Virus record (IMG/VR): IMGVR_UViG_3300025389_000119
Location: 1-24,091 of that record
Strand: one strand, 5' to 3'
Length of the DNA: 24,091 nucleotides
Source: a virus
Lineage: Duplodnaviria > Caudoviricetes
Positions 16,487 through 24,091 of the stretch are shown here, piece after piece. The number at the start of each line of letters is the position of its first letter. Position 1 is the first letter of the stretch. Made by a program: the position numbers and the translations under genes. The notes under the pieces are model-generated. The model was not told the origin of the DNA and did not search any database. It saw only the letters and a program-made list of their open reading frames with translations.

Positions 16487-17224
16487 TTAATAAGTAGCTG
16501 GGATTGGAGCAGTAAACGGATTAGGCGGCGTCTGTGGATACCATGAACCGTCTGGGTTACGTAAAACGTAGTTGAACGCAAACGAACACGCACCCGCCGT
16601 AATTAATGGAGTAGTACCTGCCCCAGTTACCAGAATTTGGAATATTGCATCCGTTGGGCCGGTGTTTTGGAGCATAGCTAATGGAGTAGCAGAGCCGCTT
16701 GTATATACGATTGGCGCATACTGGCTAGCTGTCGACCCTGAGTTACCCGTCGCATAAACACCAATCGGTGGCAATGAAGCGCCAGTCAAAGTGACTGAAG
16801 CAATCGTTTGTGCCGATGCGTAGGTTGAACCGGGGGCACCGATAAGCTGAAGCGCTAAAGTAATAACTGGAGATGTGCCGGTTAAAGTAAACGCTGTATT
16901 AACAATAAAATCAATGTTGTCAATGTATGAACCGGCTGGGAATACCAGCGGGTAGTTTGTGGTTCCGCTACCGTTCGTAACTGTATACGTCGGAATAACC
17001 GTAGCACCAGAACCTGTTAACGTACCAGTAGCAATGCTAGTAAAAGAAGTTTGTGGAACTGAAACGAACTGGAAGCAGTCGCCAGCACCCGTGTTACGGT
17101 AGCTATTACCCGTACCGTATGGACTTAAATAAGTTGCACTGGGCGTATTAGAAGTAACAAATGCTGTGTTGTTATTCTTTTGCGTACCAGCAAGAACCGG
17201 GCCGAGAAAGGTTTGAATACCCAT
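16487..17224 (-). CDS. Putative head fibre / minor capsid protein
   Basis: Start set at MGIQTFLGPVLAG (ATG 17224; TAAGGAG at 17238-17232). T/S/G/A-rich with a PAGSYI.NI...V.TAF segment. First gene after the capsid terminator. Confidence 0.7.
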   Translation of the reverse strand: MGIQTFLGPVLAGTQKNNNTAFVTSNTPSATYLSPYGTGNSYRNTGAGDCFQFVSVPQTSFTSIATGTLTGSGATVIPTYTVTNGSGTTNYPLVFPAGSYIDNIDFIVNTAFTLTGTSPVITLALQLIGAPGSTYASAQTIASVTLTGASLPPIGVYATGNSGSTASQYAPIVYTSGSATPLAMLQNTGPTDAIFQILVTGAGTTPLITAGACSFAFNYVLRNPDGSWYPQTPPNPFTAPIPATY

Positions 17225-17231
17225 GATAAAT

Positions 17232-17308
17232 CTCCTTAAGCACAAGTCGCCATGTCATCTGTGCTACGTCCCTCTAGGAAGGGCTGACATGACTAAAATA
17301 ATCCTAGC
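17232..17308 (-). promoter_or_regulatory. Candidate structured, pseudoknotted 5' leader RNA abutting an RBS
   Basis: Four complementary pairs within ~70 nt: CUAGGA/UCCUAG, GUCAUGUCA/UGACAUGGC, CCCU/AGGG and AGCACA/UGUGCU. The last is followed directly by UAAGGAG. Confidence 0.55.
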
Positions 17309-17316
17309 CTTAATAC

Positions 17317-17347
17317 ACTATATACGCATTAATTAAAATGCTGTCAA
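17317..17347 (-). promoter_or_regulatory. Putative sigma70-type promoter
   Basis: Perfect TTGACA (17347-17342), an AT-rich spacer, then TATATA (17-nt spacer) or TATAGT (19-nt spacer). Lies in the only sizeable intergenic gap. Confidence 0.55.
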
Positions 17348-17375
17348 CAAGAAAAAGGGGGCCGAAGCCCCCTTT
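17348..17375 (-). terminator. Rho-independent terminator after the major capsid gene
   Basis: Minus strand reads AAAGGGGGC-TTCG-GCCCCC-TTTTTCTT: GC stem, C(UUCG)G tetraloop and U tract, about 12 nt after the stop codon. Confidence 0.92.
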
Positions 17376-17386
17376 CCCAGATCAAC

Positions 17387-18289
17387 TTAGGCGCAACCAA
17401 ATACGCCGAGTGGATCCGACCAGCCGAAGCTATAACGCTCGCGGCTCTTGTAACGCACGTTACCCGTATCGAAATCACCGTCCATGCTGTTCTGCAAGGG
17501 GGTGCGCTCGAACATCTTCAAGCCATTCGGCACGTCTGTCAGGATATACCAACCGTGGGTATCCGTTAAGAAGTGGTTGACTTTGAAGCCTTCGCCAATG
17601 GTTCCCATCGACTTCAAGGCATTGATGTCGTTATCCGAAGTACCAACGCGAAGCTCAGTGTCAAGCAAGCGCTTGGCAACGAACATGTTGTTTGGTGGGA
17701 TAACCAATTTACGGGGCTTAGCAGCGATCAACAGGCCACGCTCGTCAGTCCAAGCAGCGATCTGAATCGTAGCGGCTTCCAATGAAGTCTCGTTAAGATC
17801 AGGGCTGGTTGAGAACGTGTTGCTGTTCGTGCCGCCGCTAACCAGCGGGTGGGCAGTGCTAAACAGGGATACGCCGTCACCACCAACATACGAGGCATTG
17901 AACCCGTTGTTAATGATAGCAGCCGCCTTGACTTGCTTCGTGTACGCCATCGCACGAGCCAACGCCTTTGTATAGCGCTTGCTGAGTGAGTCGTACAAGT
18001 TATCTTCAATCGCTTCCTCAGTGATCGAAAACCCGAGAGCAATCGTCTCGTGGTTATAACGAGCAGTCCACGCTTCTTGCGCGTTGTCATACGCAATAGC
18101 CTGACCTTCGTTCTTCACTGGGGCGGCGCTGAAGCCCGAAAGCTTCGTCTCTTCTTCAAAAGAACGCTCAGAGGTCTCGACCTCAAATAGTTCCTTATGT
18201 TCCTCACCATAAGAAGCATATTCCATGCCGAACAGTGCGTTCAGACCCGGGAGTAGTTCCTTAAGGAGTTGTGCTCTTGAAATTGCCAT
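17387..18289 (-). CDS. Major capsid protein (HK97 fold, Mu gpT-like family)
   Basis: 300 aa; MAISRAQLLKELLPGLNALFG.EY, ARYNHETIALGFSITEEAIEDNLY, KPRKLVIPP, DFDTGNVRYKSRERYSFGWSDP. Strong AGGAG RBS, C-ending codon bias and a following terminator. Confidence 0.9.
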   Translation of the reverse strand: MAISRAQLLKELLPGLNALFGMEYASYGEEHKELFEVETSERSFEEETKLSGFSAAPVKNEGQAIAYDNAQEAWTARYNHETIALGFSITEEAIEDNLYDSLSKRYTKALARAMAYTKQVKAAAIINNGFNASYVGGDGVSLFSTAHPLVSGGTNSNTFSTSPDLNETSLEAATIQIAAWTDERGLLIAAKPRKLVIPPNNMFVAKRLLDTELRVGTSDNDINALKSMGTIGEGFKVNHFLTDTHGWYILTDVPNGLKMFERTPLQNSMDGDFDTGNVRYKSRERYSFGWSDPLGVFGCA

Positions 18290-18307
18290 TTTTAATTACT
18301 CCTAGTA

Positions 18308-19207
18308 TTAAGCGCCGTTGGCGACGTTATAAGCATGCATACCCGCGCCCCAACCAACGATAACTTCTGGATAACCAACGAACGTCAAAGTTGCCGCCGA
18401 GGTCAAAGTTACCGAAGCCGAGACAGTCATAGCCGTACCGTTAACGTTAGTCACGGTCAGGTAGTTGCCCGGAGCGCAGCCAGATACATAAGTACCGTTC
18501 GCGTTCGTAGCAATTAACTGCATACCCGGCTTGATGTTCGAGTCTGACGCTGAAAGCGTGACCGACGTGCTTGACGAAGCCGAACCCGTAGATGACGTTT
18601 GGTAAGTATACGCCGTGTCTGGAACAACCTGAATGACGCGGAACGGGGTAGCCGTACTGGTCAGAGGAGCGCCAGCGCCCGAAGTACCACTTGATACAAC
18701 CGCACCAGAAACACCCATCAACGAATCACCCGTAGCCGTAGACTGGCCCGTAGCGCCCGAGACGAGATACACGTTGCTGCCCACATAAGATGGGTTCAAA
18801 TAGCCAACGGTGGTAGCCGAGTTTGATAACGTAGTACCCTGTGCAATAACCGCTGTGCGGAAATATGCAAGAGGATCATCAACCACGTAACCAACGATGT
18901 CGTTTGACGCGATGCTGCCAGCATAGTACTGATAGCGATTCTTACCATAGATTGGGCCACCGGTCGTGCTGTACTCAGCACCCACGAAAATACCGATACC
19001 CTTACCGGCACCGGCTGACGGAGCACCGACCGTATAACCAGTAGCAGCAAGAACGCCTACAGCGTTACCTACAACGTCGCCGTTGTAAAGTGCCGTAGAA
19101 AAGTTGTTAGAAATCGGGAACATACGGGTCGAACCAGCGTAAACTCGCCCACCCTGTAGGTTCACCGGCTTAAGCCCGTATGGGCTTGAAATAGTCGGAT
19201 AAGCCAT
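18308..19207 (-). CDS. Capsid decoration / cement-like protein with an inserted beta module
   Basis: 299 aa; PYGLKPVNL.GG..YAGSTR..PI, GIFVG.EY, YVVDDP, PFRVI.VVPDT...YPEVIV. Directly upstream of the capsid gene and with similar codon bias. Confidence 0.65.
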   Translation of the reverse strand: MAYPTISSPYGLKPVNLQGGRVYAGSTRMFPISNNFSTALYNGDVVGNAVGVLAATGYTVGAPSAGAGKGIGIFVGAEYSTTGGPIYGKNRYQYYAGSIASNDIVGYVVDDPLAYFRTAVIAQGTTLSNSATTVGYLNPSYVGSNVYLVSGATGQSTATGDSLMGVSGAVVSSGTSGAGAPLTSTATPFRVIQVVPDTAYTYQTSSTGSASSSTSVTLSASDSNIKPGMQLIATNANGTYVSGCAPGNYLTVTNVNGTAMTVSASVTLTSAATLTFVGYPEVIVGWGAGMHAYNVANGA

Positions 19208-19221
19208 TTTAGTCTCCTAAA

Positions 19222-19689
19222 TTAAGATTTATTACCACGACCAAAAGAGATGGTTGATTTCTTGTCCGAGAACAAAGCCATATTCGCCCGATCATCTTTT
19301 TGTCGCATAAAGTTATTTTCTACACCGTCCATCTGAGCCTTGTTCATATCAGCAAAATGTTGACTACGCTGTTGAACCATCTCTTCAGGTGCTTTACAAA
19401 GCAACAAACCACCAATTTCGATATTGTCTTTGAAACGACTACCGGTATTCTGGTCTGCAAGATGCATGATTTCCGGATGATCAACAGCCCTTACAGGCTC
19501 CCAACCTTCACGGAACTTTGCGGATGTGTTCGTTGGATCAGCTTGACCCATCGTGGCAATCCGAATGTACTTGAACTTCCAACCCGGAATGGGATTCGGT
19601 TCAGGTAGTAATTGTGGCGGTGTCCACGCGGCTTTACGCTTGGTGGCATCCCGATTCTCTAATTCACGGTTTGTGCGAATTTCAGCCAT
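19222..19689 (-). CDS. Conserved head-module protein of unknown function
   Basis: 155 aa; W.PP.LLP.P...PGW..KYIR...G..D..N.S.K.REGWEPV...IEIGGLLLCK.P. Located between the scaffold and decoration genes. Confidence 0.8.
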   Translation of the reverse strand: MAEIRTNRELENRDATKRKAAWTPPQLLPEPNPIPGWKFKYIRIATMGQADPTNTSAKFREGWEPVRAVDHPEIMHLADQNTGSRFKDNIEIGGLLLCKAPEEMVQQRSQHFADMNKAQMDGVENNFMRQKDDRANMALFSDKKSTISFGRGNKS

Positions 19690-20585
19690 TAGATGTTCTC
19701 CAGTTTGATTTTTTCACGGGCATACGCTTCAGGCGATAATCCCAATCGTTTTGCGATTGCTGCTTCAGAAGCAGATATTTGGATTCGCTTAGAACCAGTA
19801 GACCGCGTTGCCGGAGCAACAACAGTGCTATTTTTGCGGGGTGCCGGTCTTTCTTCCGGTTCCTCGGTAGGTTGTGCGTCCTCGAAGTAGTCCGAGAAAC
19901 GTTTTTTCATTGTCGAATCGACTTTCTGGTAGTACTCGTCACTACGTGGATCGACGCCCGACTTAATTAACTTTTCATGCAGTCCCAAAGCAAGGGCAGT
20001 CATTTCCTCGTCTACCCCAAACCACGTATTATTCTGTCTCCATCTTTCTGCTTTAGGGTCAGGTAATGGAGCAGGACGTGGCTGTGCTTGAGCCTGTTGT
20101 TGTATTTGTACACTCGAATCAGCATCTTGTAAAGACGGTTTAAAGCTAGAAACCTCTTTCAGCCTAATCTGGGCTTCGTTTAGATTTTGAGTCGCCTCAA
20201 CAATCTTATCCGCATCACCAGACTCGTAGGCTCTCCTAAGAGCATCTTTAGTCGCAGCTAAGGTATTAGTGGCAACCTTATTTGCCTCACTAATATATAC
20301 CTTCTCATTAGCTCCAAGTCTTTGTTTTAGCTGTCTATTTTCCTCAAACGTTTGTTGCGCAAAACGCAATGCTTCCTCACGTTCACGAGCAGCCGACTCT
20401 TTAGCCCGACGTTCGTCATGCCATACTTTTTTCATCTGGCCTAAACGTTGTTTGACCTTAGCCGAATACTCTTCAAGATCATCGTTCTCTAACTCCTGAA
20501 CAATCTTTTCAGGGAGTGGGGCGCGGTTACGATCCTCTACAGGGGTATCATCTACCACATCAACCTTTACTTCTTCATCAGACAT
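19689..20585 (-). CDS. Capsid scaffolding protein
   Basis: Start set at MSDEEV (ATG 20585; AAGGAG at 20597-20592). Acidic N-terminus, long coiled coil, W...N.WFG segment, and a short C-terminal helical hairpin (AIAKRLGLSPEAYAR) reminiscent of a coat-binding tail. Confidence 0.7.
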   Translation of the reverse strand: MSDEEVKVDVVDDTPVEDRNRAPLPEKIVQELENDDLEEYSAKVKQRLGQMKKVWHDERRAKESAAREREEALRFAQQTFEENRQLKQRLGANEKVYISEANKVATNTLAATKDALRRAYESGDADKIVEATQNLNEAQIRLKEVSSFKPSLQDADSSVQIQQQAQAQPRPAPLPDPKAERWRQNNTWFGVDEEMTALALGLHEKLIKSGVDPRSDEYYQKVDSTMKKRFSDYFEDAQPTEEPEERPAPRKNSTVVAPATRSTGSKRIQISASEAAIAKRLGLSPEAYAREKIKLENI

Positions 20586-20595
20586 AAATTGCTCC

Positions 20596-20979
20596 TTATG
20601 CACGGCCTACGCCGCGTGGGTCTTCAACAACACCTTCAACAGTGTCATCATTAATGATTCGCCATTCAGTGCCATGAATCTTTAGCCGGGTTCCGGAGTA
20701 CGCCCGAACTAAAACAAAGTCACCGACCTTGCACCAAGGCCCACTAGCAAACCGTTTCTTATCTTTGTAAGCATCTGGCCCTATCTTTGCTACAAACAAC
20801 ACGACCGTCGTTTGCTCTTCAACTCGTATGGATTCAGATGACTTAACAATCATACTGTCGCCGTACGTGTCTTCAATCTTAGGTACCATACACAACAACC
20901 GAAACCCGCTTGGTTCTGGAAGTTGTTTAGCTTTTCTATCTACTTCACTTAATGTTTCATCGACGTTGATATCACTCAT
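20596..20979 (-). CDS. groES: GroES-like co-chaperonin
   Basis: LPEPSGFRLL, V.KIGPDAY, KVGDFVLVRAYSGT.LKI.G.E.RIINDD.V.GVV match the Cpn10 signature. Confidence 0.85.
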   Translation of the reverse strand: MSDINVDETLSEVDRKAKQLPEPSGFRLLCMVPKIEDTYGDSMIVKSSESIRVEEQTTVVLFVAKIGPDAYKDKKRFASGPWCKVGDFVLVRAYSGTRLKIHGTEWRIINDDTVEGVVEDPRGVGRA

Positions 20980-21169
20980 TATCGTCCTCTAGGTTTTTTG
21001 CAAGGTCTTCTATTAATTGCTTTGCGGCGTCGAGTCCTTGAATAACGCCGGTCAGTCTTCGATACTCATCGAAAGTAGTTACATGCCCACGAGTAATAGC
21101 CCTCGTAGTTGAATCAATCGCTTCGTCAATTTTGCGAGTTAAATACTCGGCGGCAGTATCTGTCTTCAT
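20972..21169 (-). CDS. Small helical protein following the portal
   Basis: 65 aa; G.V..FDEYR.L.G.IQGL helical hairpin. ATGA overlap with the portal stop. Confidence 0.8.
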   Translation of the reverse strand: MKTDTAAEYLTRKIDEAIDSTTRAITRGHVTTFDEYRRLTGVIQGLDAAKQLIEDLAKNLEDDNE

Positions 21170-23988
21170 TCAATACTTCCCTCATCTGCTACATCAGGTT
21201 GCTGGGCTTGTTCAGCCTGTTGCGCCATCTGGTCTTTATCCAGTTGGTGTTGTGCACGTTTGTGGGCTACATCTACTCCCACGTTTACCGCGTCAAGGTG
21301 GTGTTTAGATACATCAAGCTGATGTTGTTTATGCTTAAGTGCATCTTGAACCCCTGCCTGTGTTGAATCAGCCATTTGCTGGTTGTGTTCACTATCTTGT
21401 TGGTCAACAGATTTAGCCATATCCGTAACGTGCTTAACCTTATCCATTAAATGCTTATGCTGTTGTGCATTGTGATCATGGTCTTGCTTATCAGACTTAG
21501 TGGCCATATCAACCAACTGAGCAGCACGTTTGTGTTGGATGTCCGCGCCTAACTTAGCTCCTTCAAGCTGAGTCATAGCCGCAAGTTCCTGCTGTTTGAA
21601 CTTAAGTTCTTCAGCCTTAGCCGCTGCGTCCATAAGGTCTTTCTTAGCCTTACGTGCTTGTTCAGCCTGTGCAATCTGACTCTCAACCTGTGCTTGTTGC
21701 GCTTGGACTTGGGCTTGCTGTTGAGCAAGTTGAAGCTGCTGCTGTTTAATCTGCAACTCTTGCTGCTGCATCTGAATAAGCGGATCTTGTGCTTGTTGTT
21801 GGGCCTGTTGTTGCTGATGTGCTTGTTGATTCTGCTGAAGTACCCGTTGCCCTGCTTGAGCAAGTAACGGAGACAACTGTGCCTCAATGGGCGGCGGTAA
21901 ATACCCAGTCGTATCGTCATCATCATTATTCCCAGCCAGTACCGATGCGGGAGGTGGTGGTAATGTAACTCCAAGACTCTGTTCAATCTGTGTACGGTAT
22001 TCCATCGCAGCATGTTCCATTAAGTGCGCATTGAGCGCCGCTGTAATAGCCTGTGCTTGTGGATTCTGACCTAATGTCTGTGCGAGTTTAGGATCTTGTA
22101 ATAGTGCAGAGTGAACCGCGATATGTGACGCATGATCTTGATACAAGAACGCTCTAACAGGTTTACCCACCATGAGCGCCATGTTTTCAGACACAGGATC
22201 AACCGGTTGAAGGTCATCATTCATTGGGATAAGTTTCTGAGCATTCTTAATCCCAATCGTCTCAATCATTTGCCTATGGAGATAAGGGAGGTTATAGATT
22301 TGAGGCGCTGTCTGAGCAAGTTGTAGAACCGCCTGATACTGAACAACCCTTTGGGCCATTGTGCTGGCGTTAGGATCAGACACAGGTAGAACGTCAACGT
22401 TATCGTAATCAGCGCGCTTAGCAGAAGGATTTCCAGTCTCTGGCTCATAGTCATAACTCTCCGGAGTATTGTCCCTAATAATCGCAGCAAGAAGTTTAAA
22501 CTCTTGCTTCATTGTGTAATGGATACGCGCTTGAATAGCGCCCATAACCTTCAATGCCCGTTCAAGAACGGCTAACGTAGTTCCTACTGGAGCATTAGAA
22601 GACATATCTGAAACGCTAAGATCACCAGATCCAGCGAAACGACGGCCATCTTCGATGACTTGGTTCATCAAAGCCATTAGAACCTGACTTGGCTCCTTGT
22701 ACGGGAGTGGCAGGATGTTGTCCCTAATGGCTCCGCTACCAACGTCTACATCTCTAAATTCACCCGGCGCGATAGGCGTATCATCTCCCTTAATCCGTAG
22801 TCCTTTAGACTTAAGCCCACCCGGTAAATTACTGAGTGTACCCGCATCGATAAGTTGTCTAAGAATCGAGGTTGCGGCTTTGGTGTGTCCACCAATAAGA
22901 TGGATAAGTCCAAAGTAGTAGAAGCCAAATCCGGGGATGTATCCGTAGTGGACAAAGTGTTGTCTACGGATTTTGAGCGGGTCTTCTTCGAGCCAGTTGC
23001 GGCGGATCGCGAGGATCGTACTGGTACCTTTTTCGATGGTAACGACGTACGGGAGTTCAATGCCGGTTTCTTCGCCATGTTTGTTTGTGTCCTCATATCC
23101 GGGTAAATTTAAATTGACATGCATCTCAAGAATCTGGAAGCGATCATCCATCGACGCTGAGAAGCCCTGTTGCTCAGCCTTTCGTTTCTCAACCTCATCC
23201 ATAACGCGAACTGGGTCGCCAAGATCAACATCACGGTAGAACCCCGCAACCTGAAGTTTACGTAACTCATTTTTAGTTTTCCGCATACGATGGGTAATAC
23301 GTTCAGCGGTTTCAATATTTGCTGCACCATAGGGAACAATTACATCTTCTGCGGAAATGAATGGAGCTACTTGACGGTTATAAGATGGGTCAAAGTAAAT
23401 CTTCTTAAATGCGTTACCTGATAAAGCTACGGAAAGCAGTAAGCGTTCATGTTCTGGACGATACTCCAACATGATGTTGGTAAGCTCATTATTCATGTCG
23501 GCTTCGACACGTGCTGCGGCTTGAATCTTTTCTGGGGTCTCTTTACCAATGATTTCAGTACGGACTGGGCCAGCCGAAGGGAACGTCTCCATAATAGTTT
23601 CAGATTGAAACTTAACTGCTGACTCCATCAACAATGGGTGATACACACCACAAGCACCGGGCCAAGGCTCTGAGCGATCCTCGTACTTAAGTCCTAAGAG
23701 TTGTAAGCCTTTAACATAAGTATCTAACCAATCTTTGCGTGAAGCGATATCTTCTTCAAGGTCACCTAATAACTCATAGGCTAAAGAGAGCAGCTGGTTC
23801 TCAGGCATATCGTCAGCAAGGTTCGCATCAAAGTCAGGCTCCACATGCTCCATGTGCATCTCAAAACCCGGGCCAGAGATATGAAGTTCTTCTGGGTCTA
23901 CAATCTCAACTTGAAGCGCTGGTTCACTACCGTCGTCAAGAGAACCTAACCCCTGTGGGGCTTCATACAATGATTTATCTACACTCAT
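21166..23988 (-). CDS. Portal protein (P22-like) with a long Q/H-rich C-terminal extension
   Basis: 940 aa; SRKDW...Y.KGL.LLG, PWPGACGVYHPL..E..VKFQ, G.AFKK.Y.D, RQLIDAGTLSNLPGGLK, PLPYKEPS, APVGTT.A.LE, DVLPVSDPN. Upstream of the scaffold and capsid genes. Confidence 0.9.
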   Translation of the reverse strand: MSVDKSLYEAPQGLGSLDDGSEPALQVEIVDPEELHISGPGFEMHMEHVEPDFDANLADDMPENQLLSLAYELLGDLEEDIASRKDWLDTYVKGLQLLGLKYEDRSEPWPGACGVYHPLLMESAVKFQSETIMETFPSAGPVRTEIIGKETPEKIQAAARVEADMNNELTNIMLEYRPEHERLLLSVALSGNAFKKIYFDPSYNRQVAPFISAEDVIVPYGAANIETAERITHRMRKTKNELRKLQVAGFYRDVDLGDPVRVMDEVEKRKAEQQGFSASMDDRFQILEMHVNLNLPGYEDTNKHGEETGIELPYVVTIEKGTSTILAIRRNWLEEDPLKIRRQHFVHYGYIPGFGFYYFGLIHLIGGHTKAATSILRQLIDAGTLSNLPGGLKSKGLRIKGDDTPIAPGEFRDVDVGSGAIRDNILPLPYKEPSQVLMALMNQVIEDGRRFAGSGDLSVSDMSSNAPVGTTLAVLERALKVMGAIQARIHYTMKQEFKLLAAIIRDNTPESYDYEPETGNPSAKRADYDNVDVLPVSDPNASTMAQRVVQYQAVLQLAQTAPQIYNLPYLHRQMIETIGIKNAQKLIPMNDDLQPVDPVSENMALMVGKPVRAFLYQDHASHIAVHSALLQDPKLAQTLGQNPQAQAITAALNAHLMEHAAMEYRTQIEQSLGVTLPPPPASVLAGNNDDDDTTGYLPPPIEAQLSPLLAQAGQRVLQQNQQAHQQQQAQQQAQDPLIQMQQQELQIKQQQLQLAQQQAQVQAQQAQVESQIAQAEQARKAKKDLMDAAAKAEELKFKQQELAAMTQLEGAKLGADIQHKRAAQLVDMATKSDKQDHDHNAQQHKHLMDKVKHVTDMAKSVDQQDSEHNQQMADSTQAGVQDALKHKQHQLDVSKHHLDAVNVGVDVAHKRAQHQLDKDQMAQQAEQAQQPDVADEGSIE

Positions 23989-24089
23989 AAAATTTTCCTG
24001 TCGCGAGTCGTGCGCTCAATAAGGCCACCTGCTTTAAAAAAAGGATTGTTCATCCTAGTAGCAGGATCAGGCATAGCCATCGGTGAGGG
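23985..24089 (-). CDS. 3' end of the gene upstream of the portal (partial)
   Basis: Open frame ...PSPMAMPDPATRMNNPFFKAGGLIERTTRDRKIL* whose TGA overlaps the portal ATG (ATGA). Contains an FKAGGLI motif. Confidence 0.65.
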   Translation of the reverse strand, partial: PSPMAMPDPATRMNNPFFKAGGLIERTTRDRKIL

Positions 24090-24091
24090 TG

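Noticed and set aside
17232-17308. Leader as a tRNA or HDV-like/theta ribozyme
   Set aside because: There is no cloverleaf or T-loop consensus, and the helix order (P1,P2,P3,P1',P3',P4,P2',P4') does not match the HDV nested double pseudoknot.
3552-23339. Alternative-frame minus-strand ORFs nested in larger genes (e.g. 3552-3779, 12702-12971, 17728-18096, 21573-22013, 22746-23096)
   Set aside because: No clear RBS or protein motifs, and 3552-3779 has no lipobox to make it an embedded spanin. Treated as shadows.
1884-23990. All plus-strand ORFs in the track (e.g. 2200-2451, 4320-4622, 12516-12725, 14701-15042, 19300-19608)
   Set aside because: They lie antisense to well-supported, coupled minus-strand genes, lack recognisable motifs, and are expected shadows of biased codon usage.
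1-24091. Stop-codon reassignment or a programmed frameshift
   Set aside because: The genes tile the window under the standard code, with TAA, TGA and TAG all used as stops. No broken gene or convincing slippery site joining two ORFs was seen.

Overview
The window is a gene-dense structural and lysis region of a tailed dsDNA phage with a P22/podovirus-like layout. Every credible gene is on the minus strand and most are translationally coupled. Reading right to left: portal (940 aa), small protein, GroES-like co-chaperonin, scaffold, conserved protein, capsid decoration-like protein and major capsid protein. A UUCG terminator, a promoter and a structured leader follow. Next come head-fibre and Gly-rich proteins, an HNH endonuclease, a block of Lys/His-rich disordered proteins, two head-tail adaptor-like genes, tail fibres, a holin/M15 endolysin cassette and a tail nozzle. 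Four genes missing from the ORF track were found: 1-216, 4615-4791, 10700-10849 and 23985-24089. Three signals stand out. (1) A recurring [F/Y/M/H]-x-x-G-G-x-[V/I/M] motif occurs about 18 times in four proteins and sits at apparent module junctions, which suggests polyprotein processing or a capsid-targeting tag. (2) A ~70-nt leader with four interlocking helices abuts a ribosome-binding site just after the capsid terminator. (3) Several virion-region proteins are strongly histidine-enriched, including a 58-aa peptide with 24 His. All product calls come from motif recognition and gene order; no database search was run.
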